The notes under the pieces: model-generated
What the model was told of the DNA's origin: nothing
Database searches by the model: none
The model's input: the letters and a program-made list of their open reading frames with translations, nothing else
Source: an uncultured Ruficoccus sp.
GTDB taxonomy: Bacteria > Verrucomicrobiota > Verrucomicrobiia > Opitutales > Cerasicoccaceae
Assembly: GCA_965140785.1 (NCBI GenBank)
Contig: OZ223519.1
Coordinates: forward strand, 160,001-224,000
Reading direction: 5' to 3'
DNA: 64,000 bases
Translations under genes and position numbers: made by a program
Part shown: piece after piece, positions 11,226 through 20,042 of the stretch
How the letters are laid out: every line of letters begins with the position of its first letter
Position numbering within the stretch: position 1 is the stretch's first letter

Positions 11226-12227
11226 TTATTTCAAAAAAGCGACGAAAGCCAGAGCGACAGCGGCGGTGGGAATCCATAAGCCCAGGCCGAGGAGGGCGGG
11301 GGACCAGCCGACTTTGCGCAGGGCGGTGGGGCTGAGGCCCGCGCCGATGAGGAAGAGCGCGGCGCTCAGACCGTGGCGACCAGCAAGGGCGAACCAGTCG
11401 CCCACCGGAGCGAGCGCGGGGACGGCCCAGCGTAGCGCGGCCAGCGCGATGAAGCCGAGGATGAACCACGGAAAGGTGGCCTTGGCGGCCTTGCCGGAGG
11501 CGGCGTTGGCGGGCGATTCGTCGCGGGGCTGGCGGCTCTCCAGGTGGGCGAGGACGAACGCCACTGGTACGATCCACAGGGCGCGAGCGAGCTTGATCGT
11601 GGTGGCCAGGGTGAGCGCCTGCGGGCCGTAGGCCATGCCCGCCCCGACGACCGAGCTGGTGTCGTGGATGGCCAGCGCCGCCCACCAGCCGAAGGCCGGT
11701 TCGCTCAGGTGAAGCAGGTGCCCGATAAAGGGAAACAGAACGAGCGCTACGGCGTTGAGGACAAAGACGATTCCGAGCGCGGCAGCGGTCTCGTGCTGGC
11801 GGGGGCGGAGCACCCCGGCCACAGCGGCGATGGCGCTGCCCCCGCAGATGGCCGTTCCGGCGCTGATTAACAAGCGGGTGTGGCGCGGCACGCCGAGGAG
11901 ACGGCCAATGAGGTTCCCCAACAGCAGGATGCTGCTGATGCTGATCAGGGTGACGCCGAGACCGTCCAGCCCGGCGCGGGCCACAGCCGGCAGTTCGATC
12001 CCGGCCCCCAGCGCGATGACCGAGCCTTGCAGGAGCAGGTGGGCGCGCCGGTGCCAGCGCTCGGGCTCGGCATTGGCTCCGGCGAAGGCCGCCCCGACGC
12101 CCAGAGCCAGCGCCAAGGCCCCCGGCAGGCCGAATCCGGCGCAGGCCAGTGTGCCGACTGGCAGGAGCCAGGCTTTGAGTCGCAGGGGGGCCGGGGCCAC
12201 CGGGTCGCATTCAGCGTCTTTAAACAT
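11226..12227 (-). CDS. yeiH: YeiH-family putative sulfate exporter membrane protein
   Basis: GTAICGGSAIAA, AIHDTSSVVGAG, TTIKLARALWIVP motifs; many TM segments; divergent LysR partner. Confidence 0.85.
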   Translation of the reverse strand: MFKDAECDPVAPAPLRLKAWLLPVGTLACAGFGLPGALALALGVGAAFAGANAEPERWHRRAHLLLQGSVIALGAGIELPAVARAGLDGLGVTLISISSILLLGNLIGRLLGVPRHTRLLISAGTAICGGSAIAAVAGVLRPRQHETAAALGIVFVLNAVALVLFPFIGHLLHLSEPAFGWWAALAIHDTSSVVGAGMAYGPQALTLATTIKLARALWIVPVAFVLAHLESRQPRDESPANAASGKAAKATFPWFILGFIALAALRWAVPALAPVGDWFALAGRHGLSAALFLIGAGLSPTALRKVGWSPALLGLGLWIPTAAVALAFVAFLK

Positions 12228-12296
12228 GGGCGGAGTATATACGCTTGCCAGCGCGGTGAGGTAATCTTAGTTTTCGATGGATTATTTGAATTGCTT

Positions 12297-13247
12297 ATGA
12301 CAGCGAAGAATCCTTTTCCCCGTCTCGATCCCGAGTGGTTGGTCACGTTTTTGACCGTGGCCGAGCGCGGCGGCGTGCTGGCGGCCTCGCGGGCCATGCA
12401 CGTGTCCCAACCGGCGCTTTCTGCCCGGCTGCGGCGGCTGGAGGACGCGGTGGGGCAGGCCCTTTTCGACCGCTCGGCGCAGGGTATGACTTTGACCGAG
12501 GCGGGGCAGCGCCTGCTGCCGGTGGCGCGCAAGCTGCCCACCGTCCTGCGGGAGGCGATTGAGGCGGTTGACCCGGCGGCAGGAGCGCGGCTGGCCGGGC
12601 CGCTGCGCCTGTCGGCCAGCACGACGCTGGCGGATTTCGTCCTGCCACCCCTGCTGGCCGAGTATGCCCGTACCCGCGGCGTGCCGGGGTTGGAACTGCG
12701 CGTGGGCAATACCGATGAAGTTCTCGGTGCGGTGCGCAGTGGCCGCGTGGCAATGGGAGCGGTAGAGGGCCTGCGCCGGGTGGCCGGGCTGCACCTGGAG
12801 CCTTTCGCCAACGACGAGATCATTCCTGTCTATGCGCCGGACCGTCTGCCGCGTGAAACACTCAAGGCCCTCCAAAAAGCCAGGACGACCCGGGATCTGG
12901 CCCAACTCCCCCTGCTCTGGCGCGAACCGGGCTCGGGCACCCGGCGGGTGATCGAGGACGCTTTTAAGCGTCGCGGCGTGTCCGTCTCGGACCTGCGGAC
13001 GGATTTTGTCCTGGGCGGGACGCTGGCCCTGCGCGGCGCCGCCCTGGCGGGGCTGGGGATCGCCTTTCTGCCGCGCCGGACGATCGGTCAGGAACTGGCG
13101 CTCGGGCGTCTGGTCGCGGTAGAGAAGCCCGCCCTGCGCGTGCGGCGGACTTTTTCGTGGGTGCTGGCCTCAGGCGCATTGCCCGCCGAGCTGGAAGCCT
13201 TCCGCCGCTGGGCCAACGCCCGCATCCGCGAAGACGAGGCGCTGTAA
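12297..13247 (+). CDS. LysR-family regulator (YeiE/CysL-like)
   Basis: HTH SQPALSARLRRLE..G..LFDR; ASTTLADFVLP, GNTDEV, VEG, REPGSGTR motifs. Confidence 0.88.
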   Translation: MTAKNPFPRLDPEWLVTFLTVAERGGVLAASRAMHVSQPALSARLRRLEDAVGQALFDRSAQGMTLTEAGQRLLPVARKLPTVLREAIEAVDPAAGARLAGPLRLSASTTLADFVLPPLLAEYARTRGVPGLELRVGNTDEVLGAVRSGRVAMGAVEGLRRVAGLHLEPFANDEIIPVYAPDRLPRETLKALQKARTTRDLAQLPLLWREPGSGTRRVIEDAFKRRGVSVSDLRTDFVLGGTLALRGAALAGLGIAFLPRRTIGQELALGRLVAVEKPALRVRRTFSWVLASGALPAELEAFRRWANARIREDEAL

Positions 13248-13323
13248 GAGAGTGATTTTTTTAATGTTGTGGTGAAGGTCTGGCAGGACTCCGCAGCAGG
13301 TGGCCCCGCTGGCACCGAATGCT

Positions 13324-13369
13324 GGGGTAGCCGCCTTTCCGGCGGCGCAGAAGGCTGGCCCTTCCATGC
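13324..13369 (-). repeat. Partial inverted copy of the GTAG multi-hairpin repeat
   Basis: GGGGTAGCCGCCTTTCCGGCGGCGCAGAAGGCTGGCCCTTC resembles the reverse complement of 37246-37309. Confidence 0.65.
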
Positions 13370-13449
13370 TGCTTCGAGCGGTGTATGCTCCGTCTGGGGA
13401 GAAGACTCTACGCTTGCGTGATGGCGGACGGACCTCATGCTCGGCCTCC

Positions 13450-14655
13450 ATGAAGTGCTCGATTCTCCTGCCGCTCGTCTTCGTCCTCTTGTTTTCCTCG
13501 GTTGGTATCGCCGATGCCAAGCCGTCGACGGAGGCAAAGGTCCAGATCAACACGGTCGTGATCCCCTCGCGGAACCACACACGCATGCAGCCGGAAATCT
13601 TTTACGCCTTTCGCACGGCAGTGAAGGAATTCGCGCCGGACATGCAGATCACTTTTACGCTTTTCAATCCCTTCCAGGCCAAGTTCACCGGCAAGACGAA
13701 GGAGCAGCAGCAGGAACTCCTGGAACTGCTCGAAGCGAGTGTGCCGGAAGTTGTCGCGATCAAAAAGGGCGACCCCCAGACCGATCGCCTGCTGGACGAC
13801 ATTCACGCCTATATCCAGAAGAACCCGGACTCGGCTCTGGCCAAGACCTACGACGGCATTTACGCGTTCATGGAGCCCTACCAGTTTCTTATCATTGAAT
13901 CGAGCGACACCTATGGGGCGCACCCCATGTTTTACAAACCCGGTGTGACCGAGATTGAGACTCCGGATGGGGCGATTGACAAGGACATCATCGAGACCAT
14001 TTACGGCCTGTTCTTCATTGATGCGGCCTTCGCGCAGGACAAGCTCGTCTGGGGCACCTGCCATGGCTCGCAGATCGGCTATATCCACGCCGGCGGCCAC
14101 CTCGGGCGGCTTTTCGACTTCAAGGACGGCGGCCATGACGACGTGGAACTGAAAATTTCCAAGGACGCGGGCTGCCCGATCCCGGAAGAGATCTGGCGCA
14201 TCGGCAACCATCTCTACACGCAGGACAAGGGGTCGGACTACAAGGATTACATGATCGTGGCCTACGAGGTGCCCGAAGAGTTCGCCGAGGGCAAGGACAC
14301 CTCAGGCATGTACATCAACAAGGACTTCCAGCACTCCCTGGCGCTGGTCGAGCCGATCCCTTCGAGTATCGAAGTCATTTCCTATCATCCGCTTTCTAAT
14401 TACGCTGAAAAGATCAAGCAGGGCAAGGCCGAGGCCAGCGAACACTTTTCGGACGTGCTCAAGGACCAGGAGATCGTCGATGCCTACAAGTACCGGAACA
14501 TGGTCGGCACGCAGTACCATCCGCAGTACACCTATGACGATCTGGATACCTTCATCGTCTTCGAGTACATGGTGGATAAGCTCCACGACAAGTACGCCCC
14601 CGAGCCGCCTGTCCGTCTCCCGGCCGGTCCGCCCTCCCAGACGGTGGGGCATTGA
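13450..14655 (+). CDS. Exported class I glutamine amidotransferase-like / peptidase C26-like protein
   Basis: Signal peptide MKCSILLPLVFVLLFSSVGIADA; nucleophile elbow VWGTCHGSQ; GTQYHPQ. Confidence 0.7.
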   Translation: MKCSILLPLVFVLLFSSVGIADAKPSTEAKVQINTVVIPSRNHTRMQPEIFYAFRTAVKEFAPDMQITFTLFNPFQAKFTGKTKEQQQELLELLEASVPEVVAIKKGDPQTDRLLDDIHAYIQKNPDSALAKTYDGIYAFMEPYQFLIIESSDTYGAHPMFYKPGVTEIETPDGAIDKDIIETIYGLFFIDAAFAQDKLVWGTCHGSQIGYIHAGGHLGRLFDFKDGGHDDVELKISKDAGCPIPEEIWRIGNHLYTQDKGSDYKDYMIVAYEVPEEFAEGKDTSGMYINKDFQHSLALVEPIPSSIEVISYHPLSNYAEKIKQGKAEASEHFSDVLKDQEIVDAYKYRNMVGTQYHPQYTYDDLDTFIVFEYMVDKLHDKYAPEPPVRLPAGPPSQTVGH

Positions 14656-14680
14656 GCCAAGAACCCTGTCATCCGCGCTA

Positions 14681-14842
14681 GGCAGTGTACGCAAACCTCG
14701 GAACGAACAGCCAAAGTGGATTTTGGGGGTTGAGTTTTGGGCTCCGAGGCGAGGCAATTTTGAGAATTGTCGAGCTGAGGAAACGAAATTAAGACCTAAG
14801 CAGACACGAGGATGTGACCTGAGCAGGTTTGCGTACACCGCC
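14681..14842. mobile_element. MITE (162 bp) with 18-bp terminal inverted repeats and flanking TA
   Basis: TA|GGCAGTGTACGCAAACCT ... AGGTTTGCGTACACCGCC|TA (one mismatch); no internal transposase. Confidence 0.75.
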
Positions 14843-15017
14843 TAATGTGCTGAGAATGCGGGATTAAAAACACGACCACTTTGGGGAAGATTTCCGCGAA
14901 TGGCGGGACATACGGTCAGAGTACACGAATTTTTCCTGCGCAATCGTCAAAGCGAGGGGGAGGTGCGCAGCACCATAGGGGCATCGCCCCTCAATCGAAT
15001 CAAACGCCGAGCGTTTG

Positions 15018-15109
<92 letters not shown>

Positions 15110-15307
15110 TTTGAAGAAACGGGGAGTACGTCACTGAGGGGTGGGGGAGTCAACCCCAAAGCGTGTAATTTGGCGAACTTGAGCACATGCACTTGTTCAG
15201 AGCATAAAAATGGCTTATGATCGGCTCGTGTCTTGCTCAACATGCACAAATTTTCTAATTAGGTTTGATTCCCGGGGGAGTGCCCCCTAGGCAAGGAAGG
15301 GTTTTTT

Positions 15308-15859
15308 ATGAGTTCTGAGGCTTCATACGGCTATAACAGCAAGGTAGAGGGGGAAGTCATCGTATCGAAGCTCGATGCGGTGATTAATTGGATACGCGCG
15401 CACTCGGTTTGGCCGATGCCCATGGGGCTGGCCTGTTGCGCCATCGAGTTGATGGCCTCCGGCGGGTCGCGCTTTGACATCAGCCGCTTCGGCATGGAGG
15501 TGATGCGTTTTTCGCCGCGCCAGGCCGACTGCATGATTGTGGCCGGGACCGTCACCTATAAGATGGCCGAGGTCGTGCGCCGCATTTACGACCAGATGGC
15601 CGAGCCCAAGTGGGTCGTGGCCATGGGCGCGTGCGCCTCTACCGGCGGGATGTACCGCTCCTACGCTGTGCTTCAGGGAGTGGACCGGATTGTCCCGGTC
15701 GATGTTTATATCAGTGGTTGCCCCCCGCGTCCGGAAACCTTGCTTGACGGCCTCATGAAGTTGCAGGACAAAATCTCTCACGAGCGTTCGGTTTCCAATC
15801 TGCTCAAAAGCGACATGCACGCGGCTCCTCAGGCCGTTGCACCCACGGCTGCCCACTGA
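15308..15859 (+). CDS. nuoB: NADH-quinone oxidoreductase subunit B
   Basis: [32 protein letters not shown]. Confidence 0.96.
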   Translation: MSSEASYGYNSKVEGEVIVSKLDAVINWIRAHSVWPMPMGLACCAIELMASGGSRFDISRFGMEVMRFSPRQADCMIVAGTVTYKMAEVVRRIYDQMAEPKWVVAMGACASTGGMYRSYAVLQGVDRIVPVDVYISGCPPRPETLLDGLMKLQDKISHERSVSNLLKSDMHAAPQAVAPTAAH

Positions 15860-16482
15860 TGACGCAAGACACATTGCTTCAAGACCTGCTCAAGCGCTTC
15901 GACTACGTGACGGAGCGTCCGAGCTCGGACGACCCGGCGATCAACGTCCCGGCTGACAAGCTGGTCGAAACCTGCCGCATCCTGCGGGACGAAATGCACT
16001 TCGACCTGCTGACCGACTCCACCGGCATTGACTGGGGCGAGGAGGCGAGCCCGCGTTTCAGTGCCATCGCCCACCTCTTTTCCACCCGGGACAAGCTTTA
16101 CGTGCGTGTCGTGGCCGACTGCGTCGGCGACGAGAACCCCGAGGTCCCCAGCCTGGCCGGCCTCTACGGCATCGCCAACTGGATGGAGCGCGAGACTTTT
16201 GACATGTTCGGTATCCGCTTCACCGGCCACCCGGACCTGCGCCGCATCCTCATGTGGGACAGCTACCCGTACCACCCGCTGCGCAAGGAGTTCCCCCTGG
16301 CCGGGATCGAAACCGAACTGCCCGCCGCCGACGTGGCCGAGGCCACCCAGGCCAAGGTGCTCGCCGCGCCCATGATGGGCGGCCCCTTCCACGCGCCGCA
16401 GAGCGGGGAGATGTCCGACCGCGAGCCGCGGGCCGCTGACCAGAGCTGGAACGAAAAGAAGGAGAAGCCCTCCGGGAACTGA
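15859..16482 (+). CDS. nuoC: NADH-quinone oxidoreductase subunit C
   Basis: ANWMERETFDMFGIRFTGHPDLRRIL..HPLRKEFP. Confidence 0.95.
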   Translation: MTQDTLLQDLLKRFDYVTERPSSDDPAINVPADKLVETCRILRDEMHFDLLTDSTGIDWGEEASPRFSAIAHLFSTRDKLYVRVVADCVGDENPEVPSLAGLYGIANWMERETFDMFGIRFTGHPDLRRILMWDSYPYHPLRKEFPLAGIETELPAADVAEATQAKVLAAPMMGGPFHAPQSGEMSDREPRAADQSWNEKKEKPSGN

Positions 16483-16487
16483 CGACC

Positions 16488-17726
16488 ATGCCGACTACCA
16501 AAGATATTTCCGTGGGCGACGCCGCCCGTCGTGCCGCCGCTCACGAAGAAGAGCTTCAGGGCGAGACCATGACCCTGAACATGGGCCCCTCGCACCCGGC
16601 CACGCACGGGGTGCTCCGGCTCAAGCTCGAACTGGACGGGGACTACATTTTATCGTGCGACCCGGTCATCGGGTACCTGCACCGCGGGGACGAGAAGATC
16701 GCCGAGAACATGACCTACAACCAGTTCGTGCCCTACACGGACCGGCTGGACTACCTCGCCCCCCTGGCCAACAACGTCTGCTACGCCATGGCGGTGGAGA
16801 AACTGGCCGACCTGCAGGTGCCGCCGCGCTGCGAGACGATCCGTCTCATCTGCTGTGAGTTGGCCCGCCTCTCGTCCCACCTGCTTGGGGTGGGGGTTTA
16901 CGGGATGGACTGTGGGGCCATGACCATTTTCCTCTACACCTTTACCCAGCGCGAAAAACTCTACACGCTCTTCGAGGAGCTGACCGGAGCGCGCTTCACC
17001 ACCAGCTACACCCGCATCGGCGGGCTCGCCCGGGACATCCCCGAGGGCTGGCTGGGCCGCGTCAACGACTTCCTCAACCAGCTCGGACCGGCCATCGACG
17101 AGGTCGATAACCTCCTCACGCGCAACAAGATCTTCCTCGACCGCACGAAGGACGTGGGCGTCATCTCCAAGGAGGACGCCATCAGCTACGGCTTTACCGG
17201 GCCGAACCTGCGCGCCTCCGGGGTGGACGTGGACCTGCGCCGCGACCGCCCGTACATGGGCTACGAGAACTACGAGTTCGAGACGCCGATCGGCTCGGTC
17301 GGCGACTGCTACGACCGCTATCTGGTACGCCTGTGGGAGATGCGCGAGAGCATCAAGATCGTCCGTCAGGCCATCGACAAGATGCCCGACGGCCCCTGGT
17401 ACGCCGAGGACGCGAAGAAGATTTTCAAACCCATGAAGGACAAGGTGCTCACCAGCATGGAGGAGCTGATCCAGAACTTCATGATCGTGACCGAGGGGCC
17501 GCAGATTCCTCCGGGCGAGGTGTACTTCGAGGCCGAAAACCCGAAGGGCGTGCTCGGATTCTTTGTTCATTCCAAGGGGGGCGGGGTCCCCTTCCGCCTG
17601 CGTATCCGCGGGGCGAGCTTCTGCTCGCTGAGCATCCTTCCCAAACTCCTGCCCGGCATGATGATGTCGGACATCCCCATTGTGCTCGGCTCGTTCGACT
17701 TCGTCATGGGCGAGTGCGACCGCTAA
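16488..17726 (+). CDS. nuoD: NADH-quinone oxidoreductase subunit D
   Basis: NMGPSHPATHGVLRL, GYLHRG, DRLDY, terminal GECDR. Confidence 0.96.
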   Translation: MPTTKDISVGDAARRAAAHEEELQGETMTLNMGPSHPATHGVLRLKLELDGDYILSCDPVIGYLHRGDEKIAENMTYNQFVPYTDRLDYLAPLANNVCYAMAVEKLADLQVPPRCETIRLICCELARLSSHLLGVGVYGMDCGAMTIFLYTFTQREKLYTLFEELTGARFTTSYTRIGGLARDIPEGWLGRVNDFLNQLGPAIDEVDNLLTRNKIFLDRTKDVGVISKEDAISYGFTGPNLRASGVDVDLRRDRPYMGYENYEFETPIGSVGDCYDRYLVRLWEMRESIKIVRQAIDKMPDGPWYAEDAKKIFKPMKDKVLTSMEELIQNFMIVTEGPQIPPGEVYFEAENPKGVLGFFVHSKGGGVPFRLRIRGASFCSLSILPKLLPGMMMSDIPIVLGSFDFVMGECDR

Positions 17727-17743
17727 CTGATTTGCTATCTATC

Positions 17744-18283
17744 ATGGACCTGGCTCCTGAAACACTGCAAAAGATTGAATCGCTCTTTCCGAAGTACCCG
17801 GACAAGCGCAGCCTGACGCTGCCCTTGTGCCACCTGGTCCAGGAAGACCAGGGCTACCTCTCGGACGAGGCCATGAAATGGATCGCGGCCAAGCTCGACC
17901 TCGAGCCCATGAAGGTGCTGGAGGTGGTGAGCTTCTACCCGATGTTCCGCCGCAAGCCCATCGGCAAGGTCCACGTAAAGGTGTGCCGCACGCTCTCGTG
18001 CGCGCTCAACGGCGCCTATAAGACCTGCGAAAAGCTCGAAGAGGCGCTCGACTGCGCCCGCGGCGGCACCTCCGAGAACGGCAACTACACGATCGAGTTC
18101 GTCGAGTGCATCGCCGACTGCGGCAAGGGCCCCGTCGTCCAGGTCGATGACCGCCTTTATGAGAACTGCGGGCCCGACCAGATCGAGGACCTGATCGCCC
18201 GGATCAAGGAAGCCGCCGCCGACGGTGCCGAACCCGCCAACCACAGCGCCCCCGAGCCGGGCACGCCCGCCTACAAAGGCTGA
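17744..18283 (+). CDS. nuoE: NADH-quinone oxidoreductase subunit E
   Basis: SFYPMF, CRTLSC...ECIADC 2Fe-2S ligands; start MDLAPE. Confidence 0.93.
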   Translation: MDLAPETLQKIESLFPKYPDKRSLTLPLCHLVQEDQGYLSDEAMKWIAAKLDLEPMKVLEVVSFYPMFRRKPIGKVHVKVCRTLSCALNGAYKTCEKLEEALDCARGGTSENGNYTIEFVECIADCGKGPVVQVDDRLYENCGPDQIEDLIARIKEAAADGAEPANHSAPEPGTPAYKG

Positions 18284-18291
18284 CGCCAACC

Positions 18292-18456
18292 AAGTTTGAG
18301 AGTTTCATGTTTGAGAGTTTGAAAGTTCAGCAACGCGTTCAGTCCCGCCTCGGGGCTGGGGATCGTGTGTCTGCCTTTCAATTCTCTAACCGCGCCCCGG
18401 CCAAGGTCGCCGTGTTCCCAACTCTCAAACTCTCAAACTCTCAAACTTTCAAACTT
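18292..18456. repeat. Inverted pair of octamer tandem arrays (AGTTTGAG)n / (AACTCTCA)n between nuoE and nuoF
   Basis: Left arm 18292-18327, right arm 18420-18456, mutually complementary. Confidence 0.85.
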
Positions 18457-18470
18457 CTCTAGATATTGTA

Positions 18471-19832
18471 ATGGCCATTCAGGAACGCCGAATTATTTAC
18501 AAGCACGTCGATGAGGACGGCTACACGGCCGACATCGACTGCTATCTGCGTCACGGCGGCTATGAGGTGCTCAAGCAAGCGCTCCAGGCCAAGCCCGAGG
18601 ACCTGTGCAAGGAAGTCTTTGACTCGGGCCTGACCGGGCGGGGTGGGGCAGGGTTCCCCACCGGCATGAAGTGGAAGTTCCTCGACCGCAAGTCGGGCAA
18701 GCCCATTTACCTCGTTTGCAACGCCGACGAATCCGAGCCGGGCACCTTCAAGGACCGCCAGATCATTTATCAGGACCCGCACCAGTTGATCGAGGGCATG
18801 ATGATCTCGGCCTTCGCCACGCAGTGCAAACAGGCCTTCATCTACATCCGCGGCGAGTTCATCAACGGCGCCCGCATCCTGGAGAACGCCATCGAGGAGG
18901 CCCGCGCCAAGGGCTTCGTGGGCGAGGACATCGGCGGCTCCGGCTACTCCTGCGACATCGTGGTCCACCGCGGCGCGGGGGCCTATATCTGCGGCGAGGA
19001 GACCGGCCTGATCGAGTCTCTCGAAGGCAAGCGTGGCTACCCGCGCATCAAGCCCCCGTATTTCCCCGCCGTTCTGGGCCTGTACCAGTGCCCGACCATC
19101 GTGAACAACGTGGAGACGATGGCCCAGGTCAGGCACGTCATCGACATGGGCGGCAGCGAGTTCGCCAAGATCGGGGTCAAGGGCGACACCGGCACGCATA
19201 TTTTCGGCGTCAGCGGCCACGTGCAAAAGCCCGGCTACTACGAGATCGAGGCCGGATCGGCCACCTTCGGCGAACTTTTATACGACCTGTGCGGCGGTCC
19301 GCTGCCGGGGCGCAAGTTCAAGGCGCTCATCCCCGGCGGTTCCTCGACCAAGATCCTTCGCTTCGGCGAACGCTTCACCGGCAAGCACCCCAACACGGGC
19401 GAGGAGTTTGACTGGGGCGTGGAGGACATCCCGCTGGACGCGGTCAGCCTGCGCTGCTGCGGCACCTTTCTGGGCACCGGCGGCGCCATCGTGATGGACG
19501 ATTCCACCGACATGATGGAGGCCCTGGCCAACCTGATGGCTTTCTACGGCCACGAGAGCTGCGGCCAGTGCACCCCCTGCCGCGAGGGCTCCCTCTGGCT
19601 CAACAAGATGACCACCCGCATGACCAGCGGCCACGCCCGTGTCGAGGATGTGGACCTGATCAGCAGCATTGCCAAACAGATCGAGGGACGCACCATTTGC
19701 GCCCACGGGGAGGCCGTCGCCTGGCCGGCCCAGAGCCACTACAACAAATTCAAGGACGAGTACCTCGACAAGATCTCCCGCCAGGGCGACGGTCGCGGAC
19801 GCTACAACCCGAACGGTTATCCGCTGATTTAA
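18471..19832 (+). CDS. nuoF: NADH-quinone oxidoreductase subunit F
   Basis: GRGGAGFPTG, NADESEPGTFKDR, GAGAYICGEET, ESCGQCTPCREG. Confidence 0.96.
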   Translation: MAIQERRIIYKHVDEDGYTADIDCYLRHGGYEVLKQALQAKPEDLCKEVFDSGLTGRGGAGFPTGMKWKFLDRKSGKPIYLVCNADESEPGTFKDRQIIYQDPHQLIEGMMISAFATQCKQAFIYIRGEFINGARILENAIEEARAKGFVGEDIGGSGYSCDIVVHRGAGAYICGEETGLIESLEGKRGYPRIKPPYFPAVLGLYQCPTIVNNVETMAQVRHVIDMGGSEFAKIGVKGDTGTHIFGVSGHVQKPGYYEIEAGSATFGELLYDLCGGPLPGRKFKALIPGGSSTKILRFGERFTGKHPNTGEEFDWGVEDIPLDAVSLRCCGTFLGTGGAIVMDDSTDMMEALANLMAFYGHESCGQCTPCREGSLWLNKMTTRMTSGHARVEDVDLISSIAKQIEGRTICAHGEAVAWPAQSHYNKFKDEYLDKISRQGDGRGRYNPNGYPLI

Positions 19833-19835
19833 ACC

Positions 19836-20030
19836 ATGCAATTCATCCTGGCACAGGTCCCCGCAGGCATTTTCTTTCAGATTCTGAATGCGATTTTCAT
19901 CGCGGCCCTCGTAGCCATTCCGATTTTACTGATTAACTATTGCGCTAAATACATGAAGTCTTCTCTCCGCAACCAGCAGCAGATCATCCAGAAACTGGAC
20001 GAGATCAAAACTGCCTTGCACGAGAAGTGA
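19836..20030 (+). CDS. Small single-TM hypothetical protein (64 aa) within the nuo operon
   Basis: Fills the nuoF-nuoG gap; hydrophobic helix then a coiled-coil-like tail; AT-richer than its neighbours. Confidence 0.6.
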   Translation: MQFILAQVPAGIFFQILNAIFIAALVAIPILLINYCAKYMKSSLRNQQQIIQKLDEIKTALHEK

Positions 20031-20042
20031 TCCTTTTTTCCC

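Noticed and set aside
14845..15017. attL/attR duplication of the tRNA-Ser 3' end or an adjacent integrase
   Set aside because: No convincing second copy of the tRNA end and no integrase ORF found
18292..18456. CRISPR array
   Set aside because: Octamer tandem units without spacers; no cas genes; no CRISPR array seen anywhere in the window
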